Source of the DNA: Bacteroides sp.
GTDB taxonomy: Bacteria > Bacteroidota > Bacteroidia > Bacteroidales > Muribaculaceae
Assembly: GCA_014802325.1 (NCBI GenBank)
Contig: JAAVCK010000017.1
Coordinates: 50,128 to 114,127 of the forward strand
Length of the DNA: 64,000 bases
Direction of reading: 5' to 3'
Part shown: piece by piece, positions 36,223 to 45,534 of the stretch
Position numbering within the stretch: the first letter of the stretch is position 1
How the letters are laid out: each line of letters opens with the position of its first letter
The notes under the pieces: model-generated
Database searches by the model: none
Seen by the model: only the letters and a program-made list of their open reading frames with translations
What the model was told of the DNA's origin: nothing
Made by a program: the position numbers and the translations under genes

Positions 36223-37192
36223 CGTCAGGTTCAGCAGTCGTATCGGCGGTTTCGCCTTTCTTGTCGGCGCTCTCATAGGCTTCGACAATGCGCTGCACCA
36301 GCGGATGGCGAACGATGTCTTTCTTGCCGAACTCTATGCGCCCTATTCCCGGCACACCTTTCAGCACTCTGAGAGCCTGAACAAGACCTGAACCCACGGA
36401 ACGGGGTAGATCGATCTGGGTCACGTCGCCGGTGATGATCATCTTGCCGTTCATGCCCAGACGGGTAAGAAACATCTTGATCTGATGGGTGGTGGTGTTC
36501 TGTGCCTCGTCGAGCACAATCACCGCATCGTTGAGTGTGCGGCCGCGCATGAATGCGAGGGGTGCTATCTGAATCACTTTGGTGTCAAGATACTCTTTCA
36601 GTTTCACGGCCGGTATCATATCTTCAAGTGCGTCATAAAGCGGCTGGAGATACGGATCTATCTTATCTTTCATATCTCCGGGCAGAAAGCCGAGCTTTTC
36701 TCCGGCTTCCACCGCCGGGCGCGAAAGGATTATCTTCTTTACCTCTCGATTTTTCAGAGCTTTCACGGCGAGAGCTATGGCTATATAAGTCTTACCCGTA
36801 CCGGCCGGTCCGAGGGCAAATGTGAGGTCATTGTCGCGAAACGACTTCACCATCTTGACCTGATTGGCGTTGCGTCCGGAGATGGGCTTTCCGTTGATGC
36901 CATAGATAATCACGTCGTCGAGCTTGGGCTCGTCGGGTGTCTTACCTTTTACTATGTCGAGGATCACATCCTCGGTGAGTTTGTTGAACTTCGAGCAATA
37001 CTCTTCGAGTTCCTTAATTTTCTTTTCAAATTCGGCGGTCTCGGCGTCATCACCTATCACCTTTATCACCGAGCCTCGCGCCGTGACGCGGAGTTTCGGG
37101 AAAAGATTGCGTATGAGCTGCATATTGGAGTTGTTGACTCCATAGAAACTGACCGGATCAACCGAGTCGATAATTACTATACGTTCTATCAT
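36200..37192 (-). CDS. PhoH family ATPase
   Basis: GPAGTGKT Walker A, LSRPAVEAGEKLGFLPG, APLAFMRGRTL, DEAQN, GDVTQIDLP, DIVRHPLV. Confidence 0.94.
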   Translation of the reverse strand: MIERIVIIDSVDPVSFYGVNNSNMQLIRNLFPKLRVTARGSVIKVIGDDAETAEFEKKIKELEEYCSKFNKLTEDVILDIVKGKTPDEPKLDDVIIYGINGKPISGRNANQVKMVKSFRDNDLTFALGPAGTGKTYIAIALAVKALKNREVKKIILSRPAVEAGEKLGFLPGDMKDKIDPYLQPLYDALEDMIPAVKLKEYLDTKVIQIAPLAFMRGRTLNDAVIVLDEAQNTTTHQIKMFLTRLGMNGKMIITGDVTQIDLPRSVGSGLVQALRVLKGVPGIGRIEFGKKDIVRHPLVQRIVEAYESADKKGETADTTAEPDVSKEAQE

Positions 37193-37206
37193 GTTATGTT
37201 AAAAGT

Positions 37207-37965
37207 TCAAGTGTTAAGGCCTATGTCCATCCTGGTCCACAGGCTTGAAGGTATCATGCTCCACAGGGAAGTGATGATTCGCCACCGCCAGTCGACGGTA
37301 GCCACACGCTTGCGCTTGAGCACGGCGGCTTCGATGAGCTTCGACGCATACTCCACGTCCATCTCCATGATGTAATCGGTGGCACCGTCGAGGAGGGGCG
37401 TGCGGATAAATCCGGGCCGTATGTCGGTGAAAGCTATGTCGACACCTTGCTTGCGTGCAAGCTGCGAGAGCGCTTCCAGATAGTTTTGCTGAAAGCGTTT
37501 CGACGCGCTATAGGCAGCAGCTACACCGATGCCTTTTGTTCCCGCTACCGAGGTAATGGCGGCGATCTGTCCCGGGGTGGTCGCGTTGGGGCAGTCGCGA
37601 TAGTAGCGATAGGCAGCCGTGATGATGCGGGCAAATCCCACTACATTGGTTTCAAGCATATTCATCTCCTTTCCCATATCGAGGGCGGGATTCTGAAACC
37701 CCACACCCGATGCGAGCAGCAGGGTGTCCATGCCACCGAGTTTTTTGATGAGGCCGAGCAGGCGCGATGCGGCGTCGGGGGCGGTAACGTCGATAAGCGC
37801 ATACTCCACCATATCGGGGTTAAGATCGCGGAGGGCTTTAAGCGGTGCTTCGGAGCGCGCTGCCATGCCTACCTTGAACCCCATGTTGATAAAATCACGC
37901 GCAACGGTGTTGCCTATGCCCGATGATGCGCCTACTATTATGATACGTCGTGTATTATCCATCAT
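37207..37965 (-). CDS. Short-chain dehydrogenase/reductase
   Basis: IVGASSGIG, ITSVAG, YSASK (YxxxK), DIRPGFIRT. Confidence 0.92.
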   Translation of the reverse strand: MMDNTRRIIIVGASSGIGNTVARDFINMGFKVGMAARSEAPLKALRDLNPDMVEYALIDVTAPDAASRLLGLIKKLGGMDTLLLASGVGFQNPALDMGKEMNMLETNVVGFARIITAAYRYYRDCPNATTPGQIAAITSVAGTKGIGVAAAYSASKRFQQNYLEALSQLARKQGVDIAFTDIRPGFIRTPLLDGATDYIMEMDVEYASKLIEAAVLKRKRVATVDWRWRIITSLWSMIPSSLWTRMDIGLNT

Positions 37966-38858
37966 TCAGTTGATTCGTTTGAAGAAATATTGTCTTCAAT
38001 ATCAACCGCCGCCGGGCGCTTTTTGTTTAGAGGCAGTGTGTACGTTATCATCAGGTTACCGGTAAGTTCGGTGGAGCGGGTGCCGTATCCGGGGATATAC
38101 ATCGGTTTGCCGTAAGGCGCATCAGATTCGTGGATTATGGAGTGGAATCCCACCGCCCATCCGAGCGAAAGATTTCTTACGATTTTCACGTTAAGTCCCA
38201 GAAGCAGCTCGAAATACCCTGCCGTAGCGCTACGGCGCGGTATGGAGAAGGTGGTCGAGGTGTCCCAGTAGCCGTTGTCAACCGTCACATTGTCTATCGA
38301 ATAGCGGTAAGGCGTGAAGCAGTAGCGCACACCGGCGTAGAGCTGATAGGCTTCAGATGAGTTATATAGAAAATTGTAGTTGGCGCCTATCTTGAAATAG
38401 GGAGCCATAGGAGTCTTGAAAGTGAAGTTGGCCGACGATGGAGTGATGTTGGCCATACCGATACCGGCTTCAAAATAGGGGAAATATCTGTTGTGGATAG
38501 ACAGAGCCGCCCACACGCTGCCGGCACCGTAGTGTTGTCCGAATATACGCATGGCAGCATCCCAGATGTTCACACCTACCTGCAGGCCGTTGATGGCGGG
38601 GTAGACCATCTTTGCTGACGTGCGTATGGCGGTGGAGTCGATATACTCGCGGCCTGAAATCGTGTCGACAAGAATAGTGTTGCCTTTCGAATCGAGCTGC
38701 TCCACTATTCCGGCCGGTCGCACCGAGTCAGTCTTCTCGCGGTGTGATGTGCCGGCGGCCGGCACGCCTACCGGGGTGATACGGCGCTGTGCTGACGCCG
38801 GAATCACAGTCAGAAGTGCGGCCGCTAATATAATAATGTGGAAAATGTGTCGCATCAT
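37962..38858 (-). CDS. DUF6048-like exported protein, possibly an outer-membrane beta-barrel
   Basis: Signal peptide; alternating aromatic/hydrophobic beta-strands (YFKIGANYN, YAGVRY, LGWAVG, YIPGYG). Confidence 0.7.
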   Translation of the reverse strand: MMRHIFHIIILAAALLTVIPASAQRRITPVGVPAAGTSHREKTDSVRPAGIVEQLDSKGNTILVDTISGREYIDSTAIRTSAKMVYPAINGLQVGVNIWDAAMRIFGQHYGAGSVWAALSIHNRYFPYFEAGIGMANITPSSANFTFKTPMAPYFKIGANYNFLYNSSEAYQLYAGVRYCFTPYRYSIDNVTVDNGYWDTSTTFSIPRRSATAGYFELLLGLNVKIVRNLSLGWAVGFHSIIHESDAPYGKPMYIPGYGTRSTELTGNLMITYTLPLNKKRPAAVDIEDNISSNESTE

Positions 38859-39391
38859 TTATCGTCTCCTTCCTCCTGATCGTCATTGTCGCGCAGGAAT
38901 ATGTGGATGGTCTCTATGTCGAAGTTCGTAATCAGCGAGTCCACTATTTCCACGCGGTCTATCACGCGTGTGGTATATTCGAGTTTGTCGATATGGTAGC
39001 GATACATCGCGCCGCAGTCTTCTGACGCAAACCAGGGTGTGGCCGTGTACTCGAAGGTGATTTCATCCACACCCGCAGCGCCTGATTGCGGATCGGTGGG
39101 GTCGGAGAAGGACAGCTGATATGCAGTCACGTTGTCGCGGGCGCGCAGCGGCATGTATATCTGGCTCAGAGTCTCCGACGAGGTGTAGAGCAGAGAGTCG
39201 GAGGGCGCACCAACACCCATCACCGAAAGCCCGGTGACGGATATGGCTTTGCCGGTCGACGCGGAGTAGAATCCGGCCAGCGGCAGTGAGTTGCGGTTTT
39301 GCAGACAGCCTGTGGTGTTGCATCCGCTCAGCAGTATCGTGGCGAGCAAAGCTACCGACGCCACAGTCGGTAAGGTCAGAATTTTCCCCAT
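38855..39391 (-). CDS. DUF6452-like lipoprotein
   Basis: Lipobox LSGC; C..GCL.NRNSLP, ITFEYTATPWFASEDCGAMYRY. Confidence 0.72.
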   Translation of the reverse strand: MGKILTLPTVASVALLATILLSGCNTTGCLQNRNSLPLAGFYSASTGKAISVTGLSVMGVGAPSDSLLYTSSETLSQIYMPLRARDNVTAYQLSFSDPTDPQSGAAGVDEITFEYTATPWFASEDCGAMYRYHIDKLEYTTRVIDRVEIVDSLITNFDIETIHIFLRDNDDQEEGDDK

Positions 39392-39915
39392 CGGAGGATT
39401 TCGGTTAGATTTTTACGTTTTTTAGGCGTCAGCGTCAGTCCGTCGGCCGGATAGCCGAGGGGTATGAGTGCTATAGGTTCAACGTCGTCAGGCATGTTGA
39501 AGGCCTTGGCTACGGCTTCGGCATCGAAATTGCATACCCAGCACGACCCGAGTCCGAGCGACGTGGCGGCAAGACAGAGATGTTCTACGGCTATGGCTAC
39601 GTCTACATCGGTATGATCCTTTCCGTCAGTAGGACGATGCCACGCCTCGGAGTGGAGTCCGCAGGCCACTATGAATACCGGAGCGGCGGCAAACCATTCG
39701 CGGGGATAGCTTTCAGCCACGGCCTGACGCAACTCGGGGGTATCGGCCACCACAAACAGCCAGGGCTGACGGTTGCAGGCCGACGGGGCGAGGCGGGTGG
39801 CGTCGATCACCGAAAGTATCAGAGCCTCGTCGATAGCATCGGGCTTGAAACTGCGGCATGAGAAGCGGTCTTCGCTGAGTGAATAAAAGCGGGGATATGT
39901 GTCGAGGCGTGTCAT
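39376..39915 (-). CDS. Nitroreductase family protein
   Basis: RFSCRSF, RLAPSACNRQPW, AATSLGLGSCWV, IPLGYP, RKNL. Confidence 0.92.
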   Translation of the reverse strand: MTRLDTYPRFYSLSEDRFSCRSFKPDAIDEALILSVIDATRLAPSACNRQPWLFVVADTPELRQAVAESYPREWFAAAPVFIVACGLHSEAWHRPTDGKDHTDVDVAIAVEHLCLAATSLGLGSCWVCNFDAEAVAKAFNMPDDVEPIALIPLGYPADGLTLTPKKRKNLTEILRWGKF

Positions 39916-40865
39916 TTTATTTCTTCTTTGATTTCATATTTATTGCGGTCAGATGAGTTGCGCACCACAAGTTCGCCGATGAATCCACTAAGAAACAGCT
40001 GAGTGCCGAGTATCATCATCGTGAGCGCTATGTAAAAGTAGGGTGAGTCGGTGACCAATATGTAGGGAGCGCCCGAGTACATGTGGTAGAGTTTCATAGC
40101 CCCTACGGTCACGATGGCTATGAAGCCTATGATAAACATCAGTGAGCCGAGAAGGCCGAAGAAGTGCATGGGCTTTGCTCCGAATTTACCGGTGAACCAT
40201 AGTGTGGCCAAGTCGAGATAACCGTTGACGAAGCGGTCGAGGCCAAACTTCGTAGAGCCGTATTTGCGAGCCTGATGATGCACCACTTTTTCGCCGATGC
40301 GGTTGAATCCGGCATTTTTCGCCAGATAGGGTATATAGCGGTGCATGTCGCCATAGACTTCGATATGCTTCACCACTTCGTTGCGGTAGGCTTTGAGTCC
40401 GCAGTTGAAGTCGTGGAGATTGCCGATGCCTGACACGAGTCGAGCCGTGGCATTGAAGAGTTTGGTCGGAATCGTCTTCGAAAGGGGGTCATAGCGTTTC
40501 TGCTTCCATCCCGATACGAGGTCAAATCCGTCGGCGGTGATCATCCGGTAGAGTTCGGGTATCTCGTCGGGGCTGTCCTGTAGGTCGGCGTCCATAGTTA
40601 TCACCACATCGCCCTGCGCACGGGTAAATCCGGTGTGGAGAGCGGGCGACTTGCCGTAGTTGCGGCGGAATCTTACACCTTTGAAAGCTTTGTTGCGTGA
40701 TGAGAGCGAGGTTATCACGTCCCACGACTTGTCAGTAGAGCCGTCGTCGATAAAGAGCACTTCATAGCTGAAGTCGTTTTCAGTCATTACGCGCTCTATC
40801 CATTCGGCGAGTTCGGGTAGAGATTCTTCTTCGTTGTAAAGCGGTATGATTACCGATATATCCAT
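39912..40865 (-). CDS. GT2 glycosyltransferase (DPM1/GtrB-like, C-terminal TM helices)
   Basis: SVIIPLYNEE, IDDGSTD, RNYGKS, MDADLQD, DFNCGLKAY, two C-terminal TM segments. Confidence 0.93.
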   Translation of the reverse strand: MDISVIIPLYNEEESLPELAEWIERVMTENDFSYEVLFIDDGSTDKSWDVITSLSSRNKAFKGVRFRRNYGKSPALHTGFTRAQGDVVITMDADLQDSPDEIPELYRMITADGFDLVSGWKQKRYDPLSKTIPTKLFNATARLVSGIGNLHDFNCGLKAYRNEVVKHIEVYGDMHRYIPYLAKNAGFNRIGEKVVHHQARKYGSTKFGLDRFVNGYLDLATLWFTGKFGAKPMHFFGLLGSLMFIIGFIAIVTVGAMKLYHMYSGAPYILVTDSPYFYIALTMMILGTQLFLSGFIGELVVRNSSDRNKYEIKEEIK

Positions 40866-40886
40866 AGTGAATGATGATATTATTCG

Positions 40887-41420
40887 TCAGTAACTTGATT
40901 TCTTGTTTCCTCCTGTGATGGCGATTATGGCGCTCAGCACCATAGAGAGCAGCGAGCCGGATACCACGCCGAGCAATATGAATTCTATCACCATATCGAT
41001 AGCGCGGGGTATCATGCCTGCGTCGAGAATCTGGCGAGCCATCTCTTTCGACTGGCTGAGAAATTCGGTGGACTCGTCGATCTTGAGGGTGGCGAGATAT
41101 TCGAGCTGCGAACTGAAAAAGTCAGGGTTGATCCATCGCAGATATATGTACAGCATGGCACACGCTATGGTGCTCCCGCAGGCGAATATCACCAGCCCTT
41201 GCATCCACAGCATCGAGAAACTCGACGCCGCTCCCAGCCTGACGGCATAGCGCTTCATCATCATGAATATCACCACCGGCACACCGGCTATCATTATAAG
41301 AGCCGGAAATCCGAGCAGCGGAAACTGTTGGGAGAGCACCGTGGCGTAGAAAAGTACGGTGAGATAGATTCCGAAAATGAGGCCGTCTTCGGCGCCACGA
41401 CGGTAGGGTGACTGTATCAT
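40887..41420 (-). CDS. DUF4199-like membrane protein
   Basis: Four hydrophobic segments; Y..WINPDF motif; head of the GT2 operon. Confidence 0.75.
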   Translation of the reverse strand: MIQSPYRRGAEDGLIFGIYLTVLFYATVLSQQFPLLGFPALIMIAGVPVVIFMMMKRYAVRLGAASSFSMLWMQGLVIFACGSTIACAMLYIYLRWINPDFFSSQLEYLATLKIDESTEFLSQSKEMARQILDAGMIPRAIDMVIEFILLGVVSGSLLSMVLSAIIAITGGNKKSSY

Positions 41421-41480
41421 GGATAAAGAGATGATGAACTGATTATGATGTCCGCGTCATGCGTGCGCGATATTAATGTG

Positions 41481-41488
41481 CAAAGTTA
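41481..41488 (-). promoter_or_regulatory. -7 box TAACTTTG for the DUF4199-GT2 run
   Basis: CAAAGTTA on +. Confidence 0.65.
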
Positions 41489-41624
41489 CAAAAAAATCCT
41501 CGCAAAAGCAATATGATAATCGGGTTGATGTGATGTGATAATTATATTACAAATTTTAATATGTGTAGTGATTGGATTTTTTAATATTTTTACGAATTTA
41601 CTTGTGATTTAAAATTGAAAAGAC

Positions 41625-41632
41625 TAATTTTG
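41625..41632 (+). promoter_or_regulatory. -7 box TAATTTTG for the large T9SS cargo gene
   Basis: 42 bp upstream of ATG 41675; the track's TTG 41615 start lies upstream of it. Confidence 0.55.
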
Positions 41633-41674
41633 TGCAAAATTTATAATCACACACACTATTATCACAGTGCTATT

Positions 41675-44600
41675 ATGAAAAAATCTTTAATCTTTGCATC
41701 ACTTTTAGCGTCGTTATGCATCACAGCGACGGCGCAACAAGCGGTGACACGCACGATGACTAACAGCGGTCGCGCGCTCAAGCAGCTAAATGCGGAATCG
41801 CATCGCAAAACGCTGTCTCCTGCCAAAGCCCGGGTTCAGGCTATGGCCGATGACGAAATCCCAGCTGACGCTGTTAACGCTCCTTTCAGCCATGACTTAG
41901 GTAAGAACAGCTCGGAAGTTGAAACAGTAAAAAAATACATTTCGATTGATGCCAACAACGACGGACGGTCATGGAAAATTGCGACCGTCAATAACTATTC
42001 GGCATGTATGCCGCCCAATGCTGAGGATGTGGAAGCGGCTGACGACTGGATGATTTCAGTCCCCGTACTTCTTCAGCAGGGTACATATAATGTATCCGTC
42101 GATCTTGGAATCATGGGATCATCAGCAACCGGTATCAATGTGCAGCTGATGATGGGAACAGCTCCCACCGCCGAGGCTATGACCATAGAGGTGTCTCCCG
42201 TGATAGAACAGACGGAAAAAGATCAGACCAAACATACATTCTCTGTCGATGTTTCTGCCGAAGGCTACTATTATATCGGTCTGCACAACACTACGACCAA
42301 GGCTCAGAATGGCACGGTGAAATATTTCAACCTGGCGGTCGACAAGGCTCCCGACAATGCCATCAAGACTCCTTTCAGCCACGACATGGGTAAAAACGGA
42401 GCGGATGCCGCTATAGTGAATAATTATACGGTAATTGATGCCAACGAGGATAGCCGCACCTGGAAGCTCGCCGGAATGGGTGACTACACTCCGTGTATGG
42501 CTCCTAATGCCGAGGATATTACTGCGTCTGACGACTGGATTATCACCGTCCCCGTATATATGACGGCCGGTAATTACACCGTAGCCGCCGATCTCGCCTA
42601 CCTGGGCTCAGGTGCTACCGGAATGACAGTGGAACTCAAGCTCGGCACCGCGCCCACTGTAGAAGGTATGATCGCTGAAATCGCTCCGGCTACAGTGCTC
42701 ACTTCCAAGGACCGCACCACCTACGAGTATCCCTGTGCTATCCCTGCTGACGGATATTATTACATCGGCCTCCACAATCTCACTACCAAGGAGCAGAAAG
42801 CCACAGTTAAGTTCCACAAACTGAGTGTGACTCCCGGCGAAGTAGTGAAAATCGATCCCCCGGCGGCCGGTGAGCTCTCATGGGTGGTAGCCCCCAAGGG
42901 TGAGCTGAAAGCTACCGTTACCTACACTGCCCCCACCAAGACAGTGTCGGGCGATGATCTGAAAGAAATCTCAAAGGTTGTGCTCACTTCCCGCTGGGGC
43001 GTGGATACTTATACCTTCACCGATGTCACCCCCGGTCAGGTTATCACTCAGGAAGTGGATATGTATGCCGGATTCAACAATCGCTTCACAGGCGTGGCAT
43101 ACGTAGAAGACGTTGCCGGTGAGCAGGTGGAATACAAGAGTATCTTCTGCGGGCCCGACTGTCCTCTCGCTCCTACCGATGTCACTCTCACTGTGGCCGA
43201 TGATTATAAATCTGCCACGCTCACATGGACTGCACCCGGAGAAACTGGTGAGAATGGCGGATACGTCGATACCGACAATCTTACCTATTATATCTTCGAT
43301 GCGTTCGGTACATACTACGATCCCGCTATCGCCACCACATCGGAGACTTCCTACACCATTAACTATTCCGATCTTGACGGTCAGGACTTCTTCGCCTACC
43401 AGGTGACAGCCGGCGTGGGCGATAATTACTCTCTCGACGGAGTATCCAACATCATCACTGCCGGAGAGCCCGCACCGATGCCTTTTAACGAATCATTCGT
43501 CGACGGATATTACGATGGTGTATGGATGTCGGAATCTGACGGAAAGAACCTCATGCAGCAGTATGGCACAATGGATGATTCTTACTTTGAATCAATTATC
43601 GATCCCGAAGATCCCGAAGCACCCGCACCTCTGAAATCTCGCGACGGTGATAATGGCTTCTTCTATTGGCTTCCTGTTGACAAGGATGCGCTCTTCGGTC
43701 TCATCTCCGTGCGCACTGATATATCAAAGGCTGCTGAGCCTGCTCTCGAATTCTGGTATCAGGGTCAGGGCAGCACTATCGACGTGCTCGTAGCAGGTGG
43801 TACCGATGAACTGTCGGTAGTGAAGACTATCGACCTCAAGGAAAATCCTGTCAAGGAATGGACTCTCGCTCAGATATCGCTTGACGACTATAAAGCCAAG
43901 GGTGCCGTGCAGTTTGAGATCCGCCTCCTCGCTAATCACAATGATGACGAATATACCTGGAGCGTACCCCTCGACAATATCTGCATCCGCGATCTGGCCG
44001 GCAACGCTCTCCGCGTATTCCCCGTCAACTCTCCTGCCAAAGCTAAACCCGGAACTGAAGTTAAACTCTCTGCTCAGGTTGAGAACGTAGGCAAGGTGGC
44101 TGTAGCCCCCGTAGCACAGCTCTTCTTAGGCGAAGAATTAATTGAGTCGAAAGAGCTGGCTTCTCTTGAACCCCGCGCTATGGCTACTGTTGATTTCGGC
44201 TACAACGTGCCTCTCATCGCTGCCGAACAGCTCGATTTCAAAATTACATTTAGCGCTGAGGGTGTAGCTACCGACGCTGAAAATTCTACTTCAGCAACCG
44301 TCGAAGTTGTTTATCCAATATATCCCTCCATCACCGAACTCGCAGGCTTAGCCGACAGTGACAATAATGTAAGACTCTCATGGACCGCACCCAACTGGGA
44401 TGAGCTCAAGGAGCCCTCTACTGTCGAGGAAAGCTTTGAAAGCGAAGACTATACTCCGCTCAGCATTAACGGAGCGGGCGAATGGACCGTATACGATGGC
44501 GATAAATCTAAGACCTACAACGTATTCCGTGAGCTCAACAATCCCTACCAGACTGCCCCCATCGGATTCCAACTCTTTAACCGCGAAGTAGCCGAGGTGC

Positions 44601-45337
44601 AGCCTCAATACTGGGAAGACGCTGCAGCTCACAGTGGTGAGAGCTTCATGCTTGCACCCAGCGCAGCAGGGACTCTCAATGATAACTGGCTCATTTCGCC
44701 CCGCCTCTCAGGTCGCGAACAGACTATTACCTTCTGGGCTAAGGGATTCAGTATTGCTTGGCCTGAATCATTCAAGGTTTATTACTCTACTACCGGCAAT
44801 ACAGTAGATTGCTTCACTGAGGTTATCGCCGAAGCCACCGGACTTTCTTCAACCGATATTCCTGAAGAGTGGACCATGTATACTTACACTCTCCCCGCCG
44901 GTGCCACCTATTTCGCAATCTGCCATGACTCTTACGATTCGTTAGCTCTCTTCGTTGACGACGTGACCTACGAAGGCTCATCAGCCGTGCCCGACGACCT
45001 TGAGGTTACCGGCTACCATGTGTTCCGCGACGGTCAGCAGCTCACCGACGAGCCCGTGAAGGAGACCGAATATGTTGATGCACTCCCCACAGACAAGCCC
45101 GGCACGTTCAACTATGACTACGCCGTAGTCCCCGTCTACAATCACGGCACAGCACGCGCAACTCACGCTAATGTCTCCGTCTCAGTATCGGGTATCGAAG
45201 AAATCTCGATCGAGGCACTGACCGGAGCCGAAACCATCTACAACCTCTCAGGTATGAAGGTTGACCGCAAGAACATCATCCCCGGTGTCTATATCATTGC
45301 GACTCCCGAGCGAGCCAAGAAAGCTTTCCTCAAATAA
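41675..45337 (+). CDS. Large secreted protein with cleaved-adhesin-like modules, FN3-like domains and a T9SS-type C-terminal domain
   Basis: Signal peptide MKKSLIFASLLASLCITATAQ; IDAN.D.R.W...DDW.I modules; NDNWLISPRL...TFWAK...F.VYYS cleaved-adhesin motif; LTWTAP/LSWTAP FN3 motifs; tail SGIEEI...IYNLSGMKV...PGVYII...KKAFLK. Confidence 0.85.
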   Translation: MKKSLIFASLLASLCITATAQQAVTRTMTNSGRALKQLNAESHRKTLSPAKARVQAMADDEIPADAVNAPFSHDLGKNSSEVETVKKYISIDANNDGRSWKIATVNNYSACMPPNAEDVEAADDWMISVPVLLQQGTYNVSVDLGIMGSSATGINVQLMMGTAPTAEAMTIEVSPVIEQTEKDQTKHTFSVDVSAEGYYYIGLHNTTTKAQNGTVKYFNLAVDKAPDNAIKTPFSHDMGKNGADAAIVNNYTVIDANEDSRTWKLAGMGDYTPCMAPNAEDITASDDWIITVPVYMTAGNYTVAADLAYLGSGATGMTVELKLGTAPTVEGMIAEIAPATVLTSKDRTTYEYPCAIPADGYYYIGLHNLTTKEQKATVKFHKLSVTPGEVVKIDPPAAGELSWVVAPKGELKATVTYTAPTKTVSGDDLKEISKVVLTSRWGVDTYTFTDVTPGQVITQEVDMYAGFNNRFTGVAYVEDVAGEQVEYKSIFCGPDCPLAPTDVTLTVADDYKSATLTWTAPGETGENGGYVDTDNLTYYIFDAFGTYYDPAIATTSETSYTINYSDLDGQDFFAYQVTAGVGDNYSLDGVSNIITAGEPAPMPFNESFVDGYYDGVWMSESDGKNLMQQYGTMDDSYFESIIDPEDPEAPAPLKSRDGDNGFFYWLPVDKDALFGLISVRTDISKAAEPALEFWYQGQGSTIDVLVAGGTDELSVVKTIDLKENPVKEWTLAQISLDDYKAKGAVQFEIRLLANHNDDEYTWSVPLDNICIRDLAGNALRVFPVNSPAKAKPGTEVKLSAQVENVGKVAVAPVAQLFLGEELIESKELASLEPRAMATVDFGYNVPLIAAEQLDFKITFSAEGVATDAENSTSATVEVVYPIYPSITELAGLADSDNNVRLSWTAPNWDELKEPSTVEESFESEDYTPLSINGAGEWTVYDGDKSKTYNVFRELNNPYQTAPIGFQLFNREVAEVQPQYWEDAAAHSGESFMLAPSAAGTLNDNWLISPRLSGREQTITFWAKGFSIAWPESFKVYYSTTGNTVDCFTEVIAEATGLSSTDIPEEWTMYTYTLPAGATYFAICHDSYDSLALFVDDVTYEGSSAVPDDLEVTGYHVFRDGQQLTDEPVKETEYVDALPTDKPGTFNYDYAVVPVYNHGTARATHANVSVSVSGIEEISIEALTGAETIYNLSGMKVDRKNIIPGVYIIATPERAKKAFLK

Positions 45338-45378
45338 GATATAGACCGCTACTTGCTCTGATAGAGCTTAAAATCCCA

Positions 45379-45411
45379 CAACACCCTCGGAACTCAACTC
45401 CGAGGGTGTTG
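45379..45411 (+). terminator. Rho-independent terminator
   Basis: CAACACCCTCGGA / TCCGAGGGTGTTG 13-bp stem followed by CGTTTTATTT. Confidence 0.8.
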
Positions 45412-45470
45412 CGTTTTATTTAGCAAAAGATATTATTTATCTGAAATTTTGATATTAACGGAAAATTTTG

Positions 45471-45478
45471 TATCTTTG
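45471..45478 (+). promoter_or_regulatory. -7 box TATCTTTG for thrS-infC-rpmI-rplT
   Basis: 56 bp upstream of the thrS ATG. Confidence 0.7.
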
Positions 45479-45492
45479 CCAGCTGAAAAAAT

Positions 45493-45510
45493 GGGCCGTC
45501 CGTATGGCCC
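45493..45510 (+). promoter_or_regulatory. Hairpin in the thrS 5' leader with a CGU-containing loop
   Basis: GGGCC-GTCCGTAT-GGCCC, ending 24 nt before the ATG. Confidence 0.5.
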
Positions 45511-45534
45511 GACAAACCAAATCTGATTATACCA

